A DNA stretch of 64,000 bases from Euglena gracilis. Taxonomy: Eukaryota. The notes beneath the pieces were generated by a model. That model did no database searches, was not told the DNA's origin, and saw only the letters and a list, made by a program, of their open reading frames with translations. This document shows, one piece after another, positions 50,431-63,903 of this stretch. Location of the stretch: contig CP154954.1 in assembly GCA_039621445.1 (NCBI GenBank), forward strand, positions 24,254,954-24,318,953, in the 5' to 3' direction. Within the stretch, counting starts at the first letter, position 1; each line of letters opens with the position of its first letter. A program made the translations under genes and the position numbers.

Positions 50431-50560
50431 GGCCGACCAGGGCCCACCAGGGCCGACCAGGGCCGACTATGATTTTCAGGACCCCCGTAGGTGGGGGTTC
50501 TGACCAGGGCCGACCAGGGCCGACCAGGGCCGACCAGGGCCGACCAGGGCCGACCAGGGC
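50431..50560. repeat. 10-bp tandem repeat (GGCCGACCAG)n; a second 10-bp repeat (GATGCTGGGY)n lies at ~50640-50755
   Basis: Read directly from the sequence. Confidence 0.85.
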
Positions 50561-51309
50561 GGACTTGCATGTGGTTGGCCGACCGAAGGGGAATGGATGA
50601 AGGAATTCGGCAGCTTTCCCTCTGGAACAAGCACCTCTGATGATGCTGGGCGATGCTAGGCGATGCTGGGTGATGCTGGATTTTTGGAGACCAGAGGTGG
50701 GGTTCCGATGCTGGGCGATGCAGGGCGGTGCTGGGCGATGCTGGGTGATGCTGGCATTTTTTTTGTATATTTTTGAAGAACTAAACCCATTTTTGGATAT
50801 TTTTCTCACAAATCTCCAGTTTTACACCCATTTTGGCCGTTATGGATCAGTTTTTTGCTAATTTGGGCTATTTGTCACTGATTTGGCAAATATTGGGCTA
50901 ATTTGGGTCAATATGAGCATTTTTTTATGGCATTTTGGCCATTTTGCGCCCTTTTGGTAATTTTGGGTCATTTTTCACAAATCTTTTGTGGATTTTGTTG
51001 GCATTTTTGGGTAATTTTTGGTTATTTCAAGCCATTTTTGGTCATTTCGGTTGCTTTTGGGGAGCCAATGGAGGCCTTATGGGGAACTTCCTTTTGATCT
51101 TGGCGATACAATTCAGACAATCATTGCGTCCCTTCACATTTTTTTCTGTGACGGATACCCCCACCTACCGCCGACTGTTTGCCGACCAGGGCCGACCAGT
51201 GAGCACCAAAATGGGAAGTGACCATAGGTGCCTGATGGGGGGGTCCTTCAGGTCCGCTGCCCTTGCTTTATGACTTCCAAATCTACTCGCTTGTGGCCGG
51301 GCCGGGCAG

Positions 51310-51453
51310 AGGGGCCCCGCGGCCTCCACCTCCGGGGAGGACGTGTCTGCCATTAGCGACGAGGAGGGCAGCAGCAGTGGCGGCAGTGGCGACGAGGGCG
51401 GCCGGCTGCTCCGCGGGGGGCTGACCGCCAGCCAAGTGTTCACCCAGGCGTAG
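51310..51453 (+). CDS. Terminal exon, probably gene C (RGPAASTSGEDVSAISDEEGSSSGGSGDEGGRLLRGGLTASQVFTQA*)
   Basis: CAG at 51307-51309; GC3-rich; TAG at 51451-51453; phase 0 fits the donor at 49838. Internal exons are not excluded. Confidence 0.55.
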   Translation, partial: RGPAASTSGEDVSAISDEEGSSSGGSGDEGGRLLRGGLTASQVFTQA

Positions 51454-51833
51454 GCCCCAGCCCTGCCCGGCGCTGGAGTTCCTGGCGACTTCAGCTTGAA
51501 TTGTGGAATACACCCACCCCACCCACCCACCTTCCCACTCACACCAGGGATTAAAAAGAGGTTGGGCACCAGGGATTGAAAGAGGTTTGGGGTGGGGGGC
51601 AGCCAGGGGGTGGGGAACGCCACACCCCACCCCACCCAGAGAGTGGGGGGGGGTTGGTCCAAGTGGGTCCGTCCCGGAGGGCTTTTTTTATTATCTGTTT
51701 TCGACACGAAGTACCAATTTTTTTGACCTCAAAGTTGACACCCAAAAAGTGGGGATGGGTCGGTGGATATACCCCTGGGGGGGTGGCGGGGACCCCTCTC
51801 CCCCAGTCTCAAAAAAAAACATTCACCCACAAA

Positions 51834-51864
<31 letters not shown>

Positions 51865-51914
51865 GTTAGGGTAGGAGTTAGGCCTAAATTTGGGCCTAAA
51901 TTATAGATTACTGT

Positions 51915-52354
51915 CAGTTGTACAAGTCAGGCCGAACTCCTGACACTGACCCTATTTCATCAATGACACAAAGAATTTTTTGGACCCCCCTGATCCAACT
52001 ATACGCTTCCCCTGGGGGTTCCATGTAGTTGGGACCTGCCACACTGCCAAGTATATACACATGTGTACCTATCTAAACAAGCATTTCTATATTTGTAAAA
52101 ATGGCACCGAAAATTTTCTCCCACCTGGGAGGCCAAAAGTAACCGGTGCAGAGAGGGAAGCCAACCCACTGTGTGGCCAGGTTGCAATCACAGGCTTGGA
52201 GGCTGACTTCTGGGGGGGGGTGTCACAAAAGTTGAAGGTCCCAGCTATATGGAACCCCCCGGGGGGGGCATATTGGATCAGGGGGGTCCAATTTTTTTTG
52301 CGTTATTGATGCAATAGGGTTAGGGTTAGGAGTTCGCCCTAACTTGTAAAACTA
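51915..52354. mobile_element. Foldback-like MITE with ~85-bp imperfect TIRs containing TTAGGG-like motifs
   Basis: cagttgtacaagtcaggccgaactcctgacactgaccctatttcatcaat...ggacccccctgatccaa matches the reverse complement of ~52272-52354. No TSD found. Confidence 0.75.
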
Positions 52355-52647
52355 ACACGGCAAATCCGGCGTATGACCACCAGACTTTTTTTTTAAAGCT
52401 TGGTGGCCGGGGGGGGGGTACCTTGCCCGACCCCAGGGTTGGGTCGGGTGGAGACCCGCTGCTTTCCTCTTTTGCTGCACGAAGCGCTGAAAAATTTCTG
52501 CCCCCCCCCCCCAACATCGTGGAGGGATTGGGGGCCCCTCCTCAAGGGGCATTGCTCATCCCCCCTCCCTGGGTCCTTAGAAGAGCCAATGGGCACTGAA
52601 AACCCCTCCGTACACCAACCGAGCAGCCTGTGCCGCCTCGGTGCCCC

Positions 52648-52949
52648 ATGCGCTGGTCGTCCGGGGCGCCTTCTGTGGGCGGGAGGGGCCCACGCCTGGC
52701 GCCGCCCGCCCGCCCACCTTTGGGGACACGGTGCCCTCGCCGCGGCCCGGAGGAGGGGGGGCGGTGGGGCAGCCAAATGTTCGGCTAATTTTTGCCCGTG
52801 TTTGTCCCATTTGTGCCCCCCCCCCCCTCGAAAGCCAAGAATCCCTGACTGTCCAGCCGCTCAAAGGGCGGCTGGAAACAAACAACTCGTCGATGTCAGG
52901 GATTGCGGCCCCGCAGATGGGAAAGGCTGCTGGTTGGCCAGGGCGGTCC
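52648..52949 (+). CDS. Gene D possible exons 1-2 (52648-52763 and 52857-52949); frame chosen for compatibility with the next exon
   Basis: GT...AG intron 52764-52856 and GTAAGG donor at 52950. All three frames are locally open, so the reading is uncertain. Confidence 0.35.
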
Positions 52950-53056
52950 GTAAGGGACGGTATTTTTTATATATATTTTTTTAGTTAACGACCACCCCCT
53001 TAAGGACCCCCCCCCCCCCAATACACAGAAAGGCCCCTACACCACCGGTTTTTTTC

Positions 53057-53090
53057 ATATATATATATATATATATATATCTATATATAT

Positions 53091-53135
<45 letters not shown>

Positions 53136-53158
53136 CTATATATATATAGATATAATAT

Positions 53159-53190
<32 letters not shown>

Positions 53191-53201
53191 ATATATATAT
53201 A

Positions 53202-53236
<35 letters not shown>
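53057..53236. repeat. (TA)n microsatellite
   Basis: Read directly from the sequence. Confidence 0.95.
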
Positions 53237-53239
<3 letters not shown>

Positions 53240-53269
53240 CATCTCTTTATTTTTTGTCTGTCTTTAAAG

Positions 53270-53385
53270 GGATGTGTGCAACCAGCAAGCTGCCGAGCAG
53301 AGGAAGGAGAAGGACCGGAAGCAAGCCCTTCGGAAGCTGGCGCTCACAATTACGTTCAACCCGGCACCGGATTTGGACGACAATT
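53270..53385 (+). CDS. Gene D exon (DVCNQQAAEQRKEKDRKQALRKLALTITFNPAPDLDDN)
   Basis: Pyrimidine tract and AAG acceptor; GTGAGC donor at 53386; protein-like composition; phase fits the exon at 55941. Confidence 0.6.
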
Positions 53386-55051
53386 GTGAGCGTCGCACTG
53401 TAAAAAAATCGTTTTCCCTATTACTCACTTTATCAAAGGCGGGAATCCTACAACCCTGGTCACAAGTAAGGGGCACTTCCCATTGCGGACTGGACGGAGA
53501 GTGACTCCTGCATTTTTGAGAAGGGCGGGAAACCTGTGGGCATCTGTCCTCCAAAAATACCCCAAAGCCAAATTTTTGCTGTCCCCACGTCTGGGGGGGA
53601 TGCCGAGGTGTGACAGGTGAAGAAGAGGCACCCACCTAGCGCACCCTCCTAATTTTTGTCGTTCCAGCAGTCTGGAAGTTGGGCGTCCTAACTCGCATTT
53701 AAAGTTTTCAATTCTCTACTGCATATATGCGAAATTTTTCACTTTTTTGAAGCCCCACTTTGAGACCTTTCTGTCCGGAGCGGTGCTGTAGGGAACTAAC
53801 CAGGTGCACAGGTTTGGGGGGGGGTTGAGGGCAAACACAGGATTTTCCCCCTGTTTCAGGTGAACAGCTCCAGCCAAAGCTGGATACGGAACAGTTATGT
53901 GCGCAACGGATATGGCCATTGCGCACATGTGCTCTGACTGCACACTTTGAAAGAGCGTGGGCGAAGACTTAGGATTTTTGATTCAGGGGGAGGGGAGGGG
54001 TCACACATGAGTGTATATCAGCATGTGTATTGCATGCACATGTATTGGATGCACTGCAATCTGATCCATTGTGGTATTTGGGCATCCAAAGGTTGAATGA
54101 CACTTGAGCTGTCTTTCTTTTGTATTTGAGCCTTTTTTGGATGGTTGACCCAGTCAATACAAGCACTTTTGCAACTACAGATAACTTGGACAACTGCGGA
54201 TAGCTACGGAAAACTCCAGATAAAACGGACCAGATGTTCGCCCTCCAACTGCGGATAAGCACCGCTGCGGATAAGCACCGTAAACAGCTTATTCTGATGC
54301 ATCAATGAAAAATAACGTTTTGTGTCAGCTCCGGTTTCAGCATGTGTCCATAAATTTGGAGTATTTATTCATTTCAGAAAGCAGAAACCATGGGCACACA
54401 CCCCCATAATATGACTGTTCAAATTTTTGGCAATTCCAGCATCAAACACCTCTAAACAGGGCAGTCCTCAAGGGACGGGAAAGTTTTTTTTCCCCTTGAG
54501 ACCCCCCCCTTTGGGCCAAAGGGCGGGCCAAGGGCTGGACTGGGGCTTGAACAGGGTCGGAAATCAATAATTCGAAGAACACATTTTTGACGTTTTGGGT
54601 GGATGGGCGATGATCCAAGGATGAGAGGAATCAATTCTTTCCCCAATGTCGACCTGTCCTTGCCAAAAAGACGCCAAATTCCCTTGCCCATTTTTCCTGT
54701 GGTTTTTGCATTGAATGTGCTGGGACAGCCAAGTTTTTTTAAAAATTTCCTTAAGGACCGCCCTGTGGTTGGCTGGACCACCCCCCTTGGGTGGGCTGTC
54801 CTTTGGCTCAAGCGATGCCCAGGTCAAATTCTGGGTCAAACAGAATAAATTATTCGTCGCCTATTTTTGGCAGTTTTGGAGAGTTTTTTGCAGTTTCTAA
54901 AACCAAATTCCTGCGACCCAAAGCGTACATGTAACCTTGTCCCGATTTTGCCCAAATTTCACCGTTTTTTTCGGCAAAATTCCAACCGACGACAACTTCT
55001 TGGACGAAAAGTGCCAGAATAACACCCTGAAACTGTCACGAAATGATAAAG

Positions 55052-55270
55052 TACCCGCCCCCCCCCCCCTTGTCGTACGACCACCCCTCATTTACGACCA
55101 CCCCCCGGTCACGGGTTGCAGGTTGCAAAAATTTTAACACCACCTTACCTACGACCGCCCCCTCATTTACGACCACCCCCCGGTCGCAGGTTGCAGGTTA
55201 TGGGGGTGTTACGACCCCCCCCCCCCCAGTCACAGGTTGCAGGAACCCGGTCGTACGACGGGGGGGGGTA
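55052..55270. mobile_element. MITE with GTCGTACGACC inverted ends and internal TACGACCACCC repeats
   Basis: ta(c)n...gtcgtacgacc at the left end and ggtcgtacgac(g)nta at the right end. Confidence 0.6.
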
Positions 55271-55536
55271 ATTGGGATTTTTTCCCTCTCGCACCACTCA
55301 GGCGGTGCCTGTTGGCGTTTCCTCAGAGGGCGGGGGTGGGTTAGATTCGGGTGAAATTTCAGGACCCCCAAGGGGGGTTTTATATTTGGGGGCGGTTTAC
55401 CCGCCCGGTTCGACCCTGGGTCGGACCCAGTTTCAGCTGGGGGGAGCCCCCACAAAGGGGGCGGGGGTCTGCCAGCAGCCCCTTTCCAGCCAGCCCACAT
55501 TTTCCAGCCTTCGAGTTGACCTCATTCCCCCAGGAT

Positions 55537-55539
55537 GTG

Positions 55540-55581
<42 letters not shown>

Positions 55582-55851
55582 GCGCGCGCGCGTGTGCGTG
55601 TGTGCGCGCGCGTATGTGTGTTGTGTTGTGTTGTGTTGTGTGTATCTGTGTGTTGTGTGTTGTGTGTGTGTGTGCGTGCGTGTGCGTGTGCGTGTGCGTG
55701 TGTGTTGTGAGTGCGTGTGTGGTTGTGTGTGTGTGTGTGTGTGTTGTGTTGTGTTGCGTTGTGTGTTGTGTGTGTGTGTGTTGTGTGTGTTGTGTTGTGT
55801 GTGTGTGTGTGTGTGTGCGTGCGTGCGTGCGTGTGTGTGTGTGTGTGTGTG
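55537..55851. repeat. Compound (TG)/(TGT)/(CG) microsatellite
   Basis: Read directly from the sequence. Confidence 0.95.
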
Positions 55852-55940
55852 GTTGCGCAGGGACGCCCTGGGGGGGGGATGGTCTGGGCGGAGGAAGGGG
55901 GATGGTCTGCTGGTGCCCAGGAGGGGCGGCGGTGGGGCAG

Positions 55941-56094
55941 GGACCCTCAAGGGCCCGGCCGACGCCCAGCGGCGGGCGCCGCGCGGCACGACACTGACGT
56001 TCCGGGTGAAGGGCCCCCGGGCCGACCGGGCGCGGCCCCAGCCGCTCGTGTACCGCCTCGTCGCCCTGGGCCTGGCCGGCGGGGCCAGGGAGGG
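55941..56094 (+). CDS. Gene D exon (TLKGPADAQRRAPRGTTLTFRVKGPRADRARPQPLVYRLVALGLAGGARE)
   Basis: CAG at 55938-55940; GTACGT at 56095; near-total GC3 bias. Confidence 0.65.
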
Positions 56095-56775
56095 GTACGT
56101 TCACCAACAAAAAACACACGGAGGTGAATAACAGCGCCAGGCCAGAGGAATGGATAAAAGTTACCAAACAAGGAGCCACAGTGCAAACAGGGGGGGGGCA
56201 GCGGCCAGGGGCCGGCCCACACACCGGGCTGGGAACCATTTGGCGGAAGCCGTTCGGCTGGTGGGGATTGATTCCCCCGAGCTGAGATGGTGGGAACGTC
56301 GGACAGCAGGTTCATATCACAACGACGCAACATGCTTTGAGAAAGCGCAGCAAGGGGGGGGATGGGGGAACTGATTCCAGCAATTTTTCTGCAATTCCCC
56401 CCAATGTACGTAATTTTCTCAATTTTTCCAATATGAATCCCCCCTTCATGAGCGCAGAGTCTTTCTCTGCACTTTTTTCAAGGAGCTTGGACTCAGGGAC
56501 GTGGACACGGGGGCGAGGCAAAGATATGAACATTGGGTGTCAGACCGAAATACAAAAAGAATGAAAAGGACCGAATAATGAGTCAAGTATTATTGGGGCG
56601 GTTCCGGGGCGAGGATTGGTGTTCCCCGTACAGTGTGAGATTATTGCATTTGTTGATGACTCAGGCACGCTCTGAGCTGAACAAGAGAAACCTGAGCGGT
56701 TTCCCCAAAAATTCACCGACCGACCATAAACCCCGGCAAACTCTAGCCCAGCACCCCAAATTAATTGTGCTTCAG

Positions 56776-56962
56776 GTACCTGCGCGTGGGGCCAGGGACA
56801 GGCCCAGGCCTCCCAACCCCACCACCGTGTCGGAGCCGTTCAGCCAAGCCCAACGCCCCATCCGGACCTCCAGCCGCCAGCACCTCCCCCCTCTTGCCCC
56901 CAAGCCCACCCCCGGTGCCCCGCGGCCTCATGTCCCACCCCTTTACCAGCGATGGGTCCTGA
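56776..56962 (+). CDS. Gene D probable downstream Pro-rich exon; frame ambiguous
   Basis: TTCAG acceptor ending at 56775 is phase-compatible (YLRVGPG...DGS*), but a different frame has the better GC3 bias. Confidence 0.35.
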
Positions 56963-59900
56963 TATTTGAGGTGTATGTGTTCTGTTTGTCTTCATCACAT
57001 CACATCGTGGTTTGTGGCAGGTTGCCATTTCTCTGTTTTGCATTCCTCTTCCAACGGCAACCCGCTCAGTTTGGAGCACGTTGTTGATATGCCGTACGGC
57101 GCACAGTGATACCGACACTAATGCTGGCACGACGGCATTGGCGCACATTGGCAGCACAATCGCGGAAACTGTCGGTGGGAGTTCCGGTGCCGAAGACAAT
57201 TCCTCGAATCAATTGCACGCCCCTCCCATCTCCGGGTGGCTGACCCCCCCCCCCCCAGCCCAGCCATCCCTGCCCTCGACGGCGACAGCCCCTCCAACCA
57301 ACGAGGATGCGGGCCTGAGTCCCCACCTGCTGTCGACCGGTCTCTCCCTTCACTCGCGCTAGCCCCACCCCTGGGACCTTAAAAGGGCACAACAGGGAAA
57401 ACATTGAACGGAGGGAAGAAATCGCATCTCGTGGAAGTGTCACCGAACCAAGTGTTTGGGTTACGCATTTTGGGCTGTAACAATAAGGGGCAAAATCACA
57501 TGATTTTTTTTGAGAACAACAAAAATGAACCGATGCATGATGGGGAGACACACAAGAGGGGTCTTGGTTTTACGTTCCAAATTATTGCAGGAAGGGTCAG
57601 AAATATTGTATCACATGATTCCAAAGGTATTTTTCCCCTGTTGTCTGAGGTGAGTATTTATTCATAGTGTTTCCAAATAAGAAGCCCAAGCCCCTTCGGA
57701 GCTTCTGAGGAGCCCGGTTTGGCGGGGGGCTCCCCCAGGTGACCAATTTTGTCGCCACCCCCGAACTTTTTCGGGCGATGGTCACCAATTGGAGATAGTT
57801 TGTGGTTGTTTGCCAGAGCAGTTCAACCTGTAGGAGTAGTTGAACCTGTCTCGCATCGTCCTCATATTTACCTCTGCAGAGTGTTCAGCAAACCCAAACA
57901 GTCGCCCAATCAGGGTCAAAAACATGGGGAAGCCCGAGTGAGGCGCCGAAGGTGCCATATGTAGTAACCCCTGTTAGATGAGGGCAGCTGGCTTCTTAAG
58001 GGGGCAACGAATCACGAAGGAAACTTTTTTTTGAGAAAATCCGAGCCTACAAACCTGGTTATTTGGGCTCTGCAGAGCCTCCACGCAGCCCTTGTCTGAG
58101 CCACCTTAGATCCTCCTTCAGGTTACCAGAAATGCAAGCTTCCATTTTTTTTTGTGGTGGAACCCCAACGTGAAGTTTTGTATTAAACGGCGGCACAGTT
58201 TTGTCAAAAACTGATGGTATTTGGTTCCATGCTTTCACTCAAAGATCCCCAGCCAGCAGCTCTTGGGGGACCAGTGGCTGAGGTTTGACTCCGCCGAAGC
58301 CATGTGTAACGGGGAGGGAGCACATCACTGCGACACCGGCCAATGCCAACGAGGTGGGGAAGGGGGGTGGCCGCTGCCAGTCGGACCCCACGGTGCCTGC
58401 AAACATGGCTGCTGCCTCAGCAGGTGGTCGCCGAGCCTCTCCCCACGTAACCGCCTACTCTCCGCCTCGCCCGTCCTGTCTTGATGAACGCCGATGTTTA
58501 GAGCGCATCGGGGTCCATCGCAGTATTTTTCTACAAGTGGTTTCAATTTACGTTTGTCAAAGTGGGACCGGGCTTTTGTTTTGTGTATATTGTTATTATG
58601 TTGAATTATTGTTATTATGTTTGTGTTGAATTATAAGGGGTTGTCACCTACCTGGCCAGACACTCCAAGGCACTCAACACTCAGCTTCTACCCTACAGTG
58701 CACTCAGCCAAGTCGCCATTTTTCAGGGCACAGTTCTGCACAAGACCTGGCAGGCAGACACCCAGCCGGAAAAATGTGCGCTGGCTGAAAAAAAAATGTG
58801 CTGGCTGGACTCCCTGACCCACGGCTGTGCTTGGATGGCCTTCCTTCCTTCCAACCTTCAGCCAGCCAGCAACCTGGCCTGACCTGCAGCCCAGGATGCT
58901 GGCTGGCTGGACCCCCCCCCCCCAAGGTTGGGGTTTGTGGTGGGTAGTGCTGTGGCAGAGCCTGTCATGAGCACCCGGGGGGTGGGGTACCCTTTGGCTA
59001 AACAATATCCCTGACACCGCCAGCTCATCATGCGGGGTACCATCCAGAGGTGAACCCCCACCCAAAAACGGTAATTCCATTGTTGGGGGGTTGGGGGCTG
59101 CCTACACTGCCATGATCGGTAATAAGAAGCCTGCCTACAGTCCAGAACGGTTGCGAAAACTCTTTCTCTAGCATTAGACATTTTTTTAGCATTAGATTTT
59201 CACATTTGCCAGGGTCCACAAGCACCAAACCAGGTTTTGAATAGTGGTGAACTCTTAAAGTGACTTGCACGCAATGGACAGTCAAAAAGACCAGCATTGC
59301 AAATTTCGCACAAATTGCACACCTGCAATTTATGGTAATTTTTGAAATATTAAGCGCTCATACCCCACATACCCCCTTTCGTATATTTCTTCGAATTTTC
59401 TGACCTGGAAATGACCCAAACTGCATGGGTTTCGGGCCAAAAAAGCGGTGCGCCGGGGGTGTCGAAGATGCTCATTTTTGGTTCAAAAGAAAACAGTTTT
59501 TCCGGGCCCGGGAGGCCCAAAAACATGGTGCAGAATGAGTCTTTTCCCAACAGAAGATTGGGCACATTGATTGAAGGTGAGGTGCCTTCTGCCTATTGCA
59601 TGCACTTGGGGTTGATTTTGAACAGTGGTTCCTTTGTGGTGCATCTCGTGCTGGAGTTTTACCTCTGCTTGCCCATAGAACACCCGCACACCCATTCAGG
59701 AGGATCATGCTGATTTTGGCCAACGCTGGGCTGTGTACTGCCTGGTCAGGTAGAGGCCTCAGGGCACAGGGCAGTACGGGAATCGGCCAAACAGCCAGGG
59801 TCATGGGTGGGGGGGTCGACCCCCCAAACACCTCCTCCCCTATTTCCGGGAGCACCAATTTTCGACCGCAATTTTTTTTCCCGGCGCGGAAGGCACTGGG

Positions 59901-62900
59901 GAAAATTTGTTAAAAAAATATGTGAGAATGCTGTGGTGGGTGGGGGGGTCAACCCCCCCAACCAGGCCTTCCCGTACAGCCCTGCCAGGGCCCCCCGGGT
60001 CCTTTAGGCAACCCCTGGTCAGCGTTCATCTCTATTGACCCGCTTTTGTATGCCGCGAGTGGGAGCCTTGGCCAATGCAGTTGGCCACAGGCGACCTCCT
60101 GAAAAGCTTGTGCCTGTCGCCGAACATTTCCCCCAAATCTACCCTCAAAAGTGGGGACTGTCTGGGGGCCCCACCCCAGCGTCAAAAGTGGCCCAACCCA
60201 GCGTGGATGCCGACTCCTCCAAGAGAACGTGGCACTGGCCGTTGCTGTTGGGCCACAGTTTCGAATGAGATGGTTTACATCATAAAAACGAACCAACACG
60301 AGTGTGCAACATAGCGCTGCATCAGTTCATATTGTCAATGCTGCCATTGTTTAATGGTGCTTTTGGATGGTCTTTTCGCAATTTCGTCAACTTTGAATTA
60401 CAGATTTCCCCCCTTTTTGAAATCCCAACGAAATGACGGCTGACAACACACACAGGTCTGGCCACTGCCCCCCAGCGACCTCCAGATAGATTCACCAGAA
60501 ATAGATCCCATGGGTTTGGGATAGAGGTCTCCTGTGCATCATTCCGGCTCAACTGCTGGAAATCCTCACCTGCTCTGTCCCAACCTGTGGGTCCATCTGG
60601 GCTGCAATGTACTCTGTACTTTACTACACGCTGCTGTGCTCTGGAGACGGTCGACACAGCCTAAACGATGGCGATCACAATGAGGCTCTAACTTATCACC
60701 TAGTGCATGGTGTCACAGTGTTGTTTTTTTTCAAAAGACGACGACCCACACATTTAGCATACAACAATGGTTCACATTTGGCGAGTTGGAGGTGGTGCAA
60801 ACCAATCCTCTTGGGTTACAAACAAGGAACATTCATTTCCCCAGGTTGCTACCTCCTTCTTCTCATCTCGTATTCAACCCGCCAACCAAACCACATCCTT
60901 TTTACCCCGAGGTTGATACTTCTTTTGGACGTTGACCTGCTGGCCCAAACTTGCCAAACTGATCTTTGAGGAGGTTCGCATCTTCCTACGGACCACCAAC
61001 TTGGCCTAGCGAACAGTTTTGGGACAAGGTTGCGTATACGCTTTGGGTCGCAGAAATCTGATTTTCCCACCCAAATATGACCACCCCAAATATATGAGGG
61101 TCTTGGAATTTCCACCCAAACGTAAAACCGAGGAGTTTTGTGTTTGGTGGGGGTTATTTGCCAACCAACTCCCACAGGGACCGGGAGTAGGTAAGTAATG
61201 AAGCTCATCGGGTGGTGTTTTGCAGCTTTGGCCGAGGGGCCCCTGACCATACAACTCTTTAAGGTTTTGTTGACCCCCCCCCTGGACACCTGCCGGCCAG
61301 CCCCCTTGGAGGGTCCAGCCTACAATTCTCGGCACAAAACGCCGAAGATTTTTGAAAAAGATGGTCAAAAATGGCGTTTTGGGGGTTTGTGGCGTTTTTT
61401 TGGGGGTTGTCAGATGCTCATTGTTTTCAAATCTGTGTTTTGCAGGTCATTTTTTAGGCAATTGTCCGATTTCGGCCTAGCCCGGCCCAGCTCAGGTCCA
61501 GCTCGGGTCCAGCCCCTTCCCCCACCCTCGGGCGGGCTAGCGAGCCCAAATTTCTAGCCCTAGCCCAGCAACCCCCCCCCCCCGGGTCCTTCAAGAGATG
61601 CATGCCCCTGACATCCTGCCCTGGCCCCAGCATCCTTCCTGCTAACCTTTCTGCCCCCGTTTTTTTTTTAGCTGGACTACGGATTTTTTTTTTGAAGGCT
61701 TTCCCACTATCGCCTTCCCCTCTGTGTTTTGGAGGAGTGACCCCCCCCCCTGTCGGTCGGACCCACCTCTTCGCCAGCAAACTGGGTCCCCAAAGTGGCT
61801 TCCCATTTAATAATAATTCTTTTTAAACTCGAAAGTGTCTATAAAACTTATTAGTTCCTAGGTCCTTTTTTGCGATTTTCGGGGACGCATTTTCATAGAT
61901 TTCGTATTTTTTTTGGAGGTGTCGTTTTTGCTTCCAGGCCTTCACTGGGATGTGTCAGGGGGATATTATGTGGTATTTAGAAATCGAGAGTTTCGTTCTT
62001 CTCACCAGCGCTGCAGAAGCAACCCGTATCATTTCGACCCCCCCCCCCGAAATCATTTGTTTCTTTCGTTTTCATTTCCCTGCACCAGTGCAGTCTTTCT
62101 TCAGGGACAAGTCGGATATAAATAAAATTGATTTGGACAAAAGTTGCCCAGTTATTTCTGGATCATTTTTTTGGAACACCACCAGGGTCCAGGTGATTGA
62201 ACTGCCTTGTGTATTGATGTGGTGCTGGACCCCATCCTCACGAACATTGCTGGTGTTGCTGCTGGTGCGGCTGCCCATCCCATGTTGATGAGGCAGCCTT
62301 TGAAAGGTTCCAAACACGCATGCTAGGCGTTATGTACCCCGTATGCTGTGGTTACACCTGCTGTCAGGGACCCCTGCAACCATCTCCACGTCCTGGGGCA
62401 CCAGATCACATTCTGATTACACTATTTGGGCTTCGGGGGTCAGGTGTAGTCACCTCTATAAAAAAATGTCGGCGTGGGCATTTGCGCACACCACGGGTGA
62501 ATCACGGGTTAGGTCAGGATTCAGGTTGCAATTCGGGATTTAACTTTCAATTTGCAATTTAGGGAGGCTGATTTCTGACGCAGATTTCGGCCTAAATTTA
62601 ACCCGATTCTTAACCCTAATCCTAATCCTGGCCCTAAGCCCATTCCTAAAGTTAATCCACACCCAACCCTGTGGTGCAAAAAGTTACTCGCCGTTGCTCG
62701 GCGGTCCAAGGAAAGATTGGGAGGGTGGCTGTGGACCCCAAGTCATTTCACTGCTGGGCCCTCCCCCTGGAGGGGGGTCAGCAGGGTCAGCAGGGCAGTT
62801 ACGGGAATTCCCGTAGCCCAATTGGTGGTGGGGGGGTGGGTGGGTGGGTCGACCCCCCCCCCACCTCCCGGGTCGACCCCCCCAGCAGGGCTTCCCATAC

Positions 62901-63903
62901 AGCCCTGGGGGAGGGGTCACAGACGAGGGCTGCTCAACTTTATGTCCGCCCCATTTCTCCTCCACGACCCCTTCTGCCGCAAAAAAAAGGGGATCCCGTC
63001 TCACCGGCACTGGCGCCTCGCCCCTTCCCTTCCTGGGCCTCGGCACGACAGCTCCCCTCCGCTGCATCTCCACAGTGCGGGCGGCAGGCCCCAGCCACAT
63101 GGCGGGCAAGCCTCCCCTTCATTGTGGGGCAGACCCCCCTCGTTGCGTAACCCCTCCCACATATCATCCAGGAACCCCAGCCAGAACCCAGTGGGCTGCC
63201 ACGGGGTGATGGCATATGCGAAGCACACAGCACCCGGCTCAGCTCTCACGGGGATAATCGTCTTTTTGTATTCTTCCCCCTCCCCTCCCCTGGAAGTTGT
63301 CGCCCCCAGCATCTGATCTATTTTCTGGCACAGGTTCATTGCCCCACCCACCCACCCCCAAGGGTGGGTGGGTGGGGCAATAATACACCAGAGGGGGGGC
63401 TGGGGGGGGACTTTGGGGGTCAATTTTGGTCAAATTAGGGAAAGCCCTGCCTTCAGTGGGGTAGCCCCAGGCCCGATACCCATCGGGGGGGGGGGTATCG
63501 GACCCCCCTATATCCCCGGGCCCAAACCCCCCCACCCATCCCTGGTCACCCAAAAAAGTTTAAAAAAACCACCATACAATTCTTGCTGGCCTCAAGGGGG
63601 GGAGGGTCATTTCCACTGTTCCAAAAAAAATAGTCCGTCGATTTTTTTGAAAACCATTCAGTCACTACCCCCATCCATGGGGAGAACTGGCCCAAAATCG
63701 ACCGAAAACCCTTGAAAAAAATATCCCAGCCACTGGTGCACCTTGGAGGGGGGGGGGCGTCCAGCGACACCAACCCACCCACTCCTGAAACCCCTACTCC
63801 GGGAGGGAGAGAGGTCATGCAGGTGGTAAGTGAATCTATGCCAGAAACAAACGGACTCCCCCCTTGGTCCAAAACGAACTCTGGTGAGGAAGCAGTTTGG
63901 AGT

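Noticed and set aside
55272-56239. Val/Cys- and His/Thr-rich long ORFs
   Set aside because: These are translations of the (TG)n microsatellite; only 55941-56094 looks coding.
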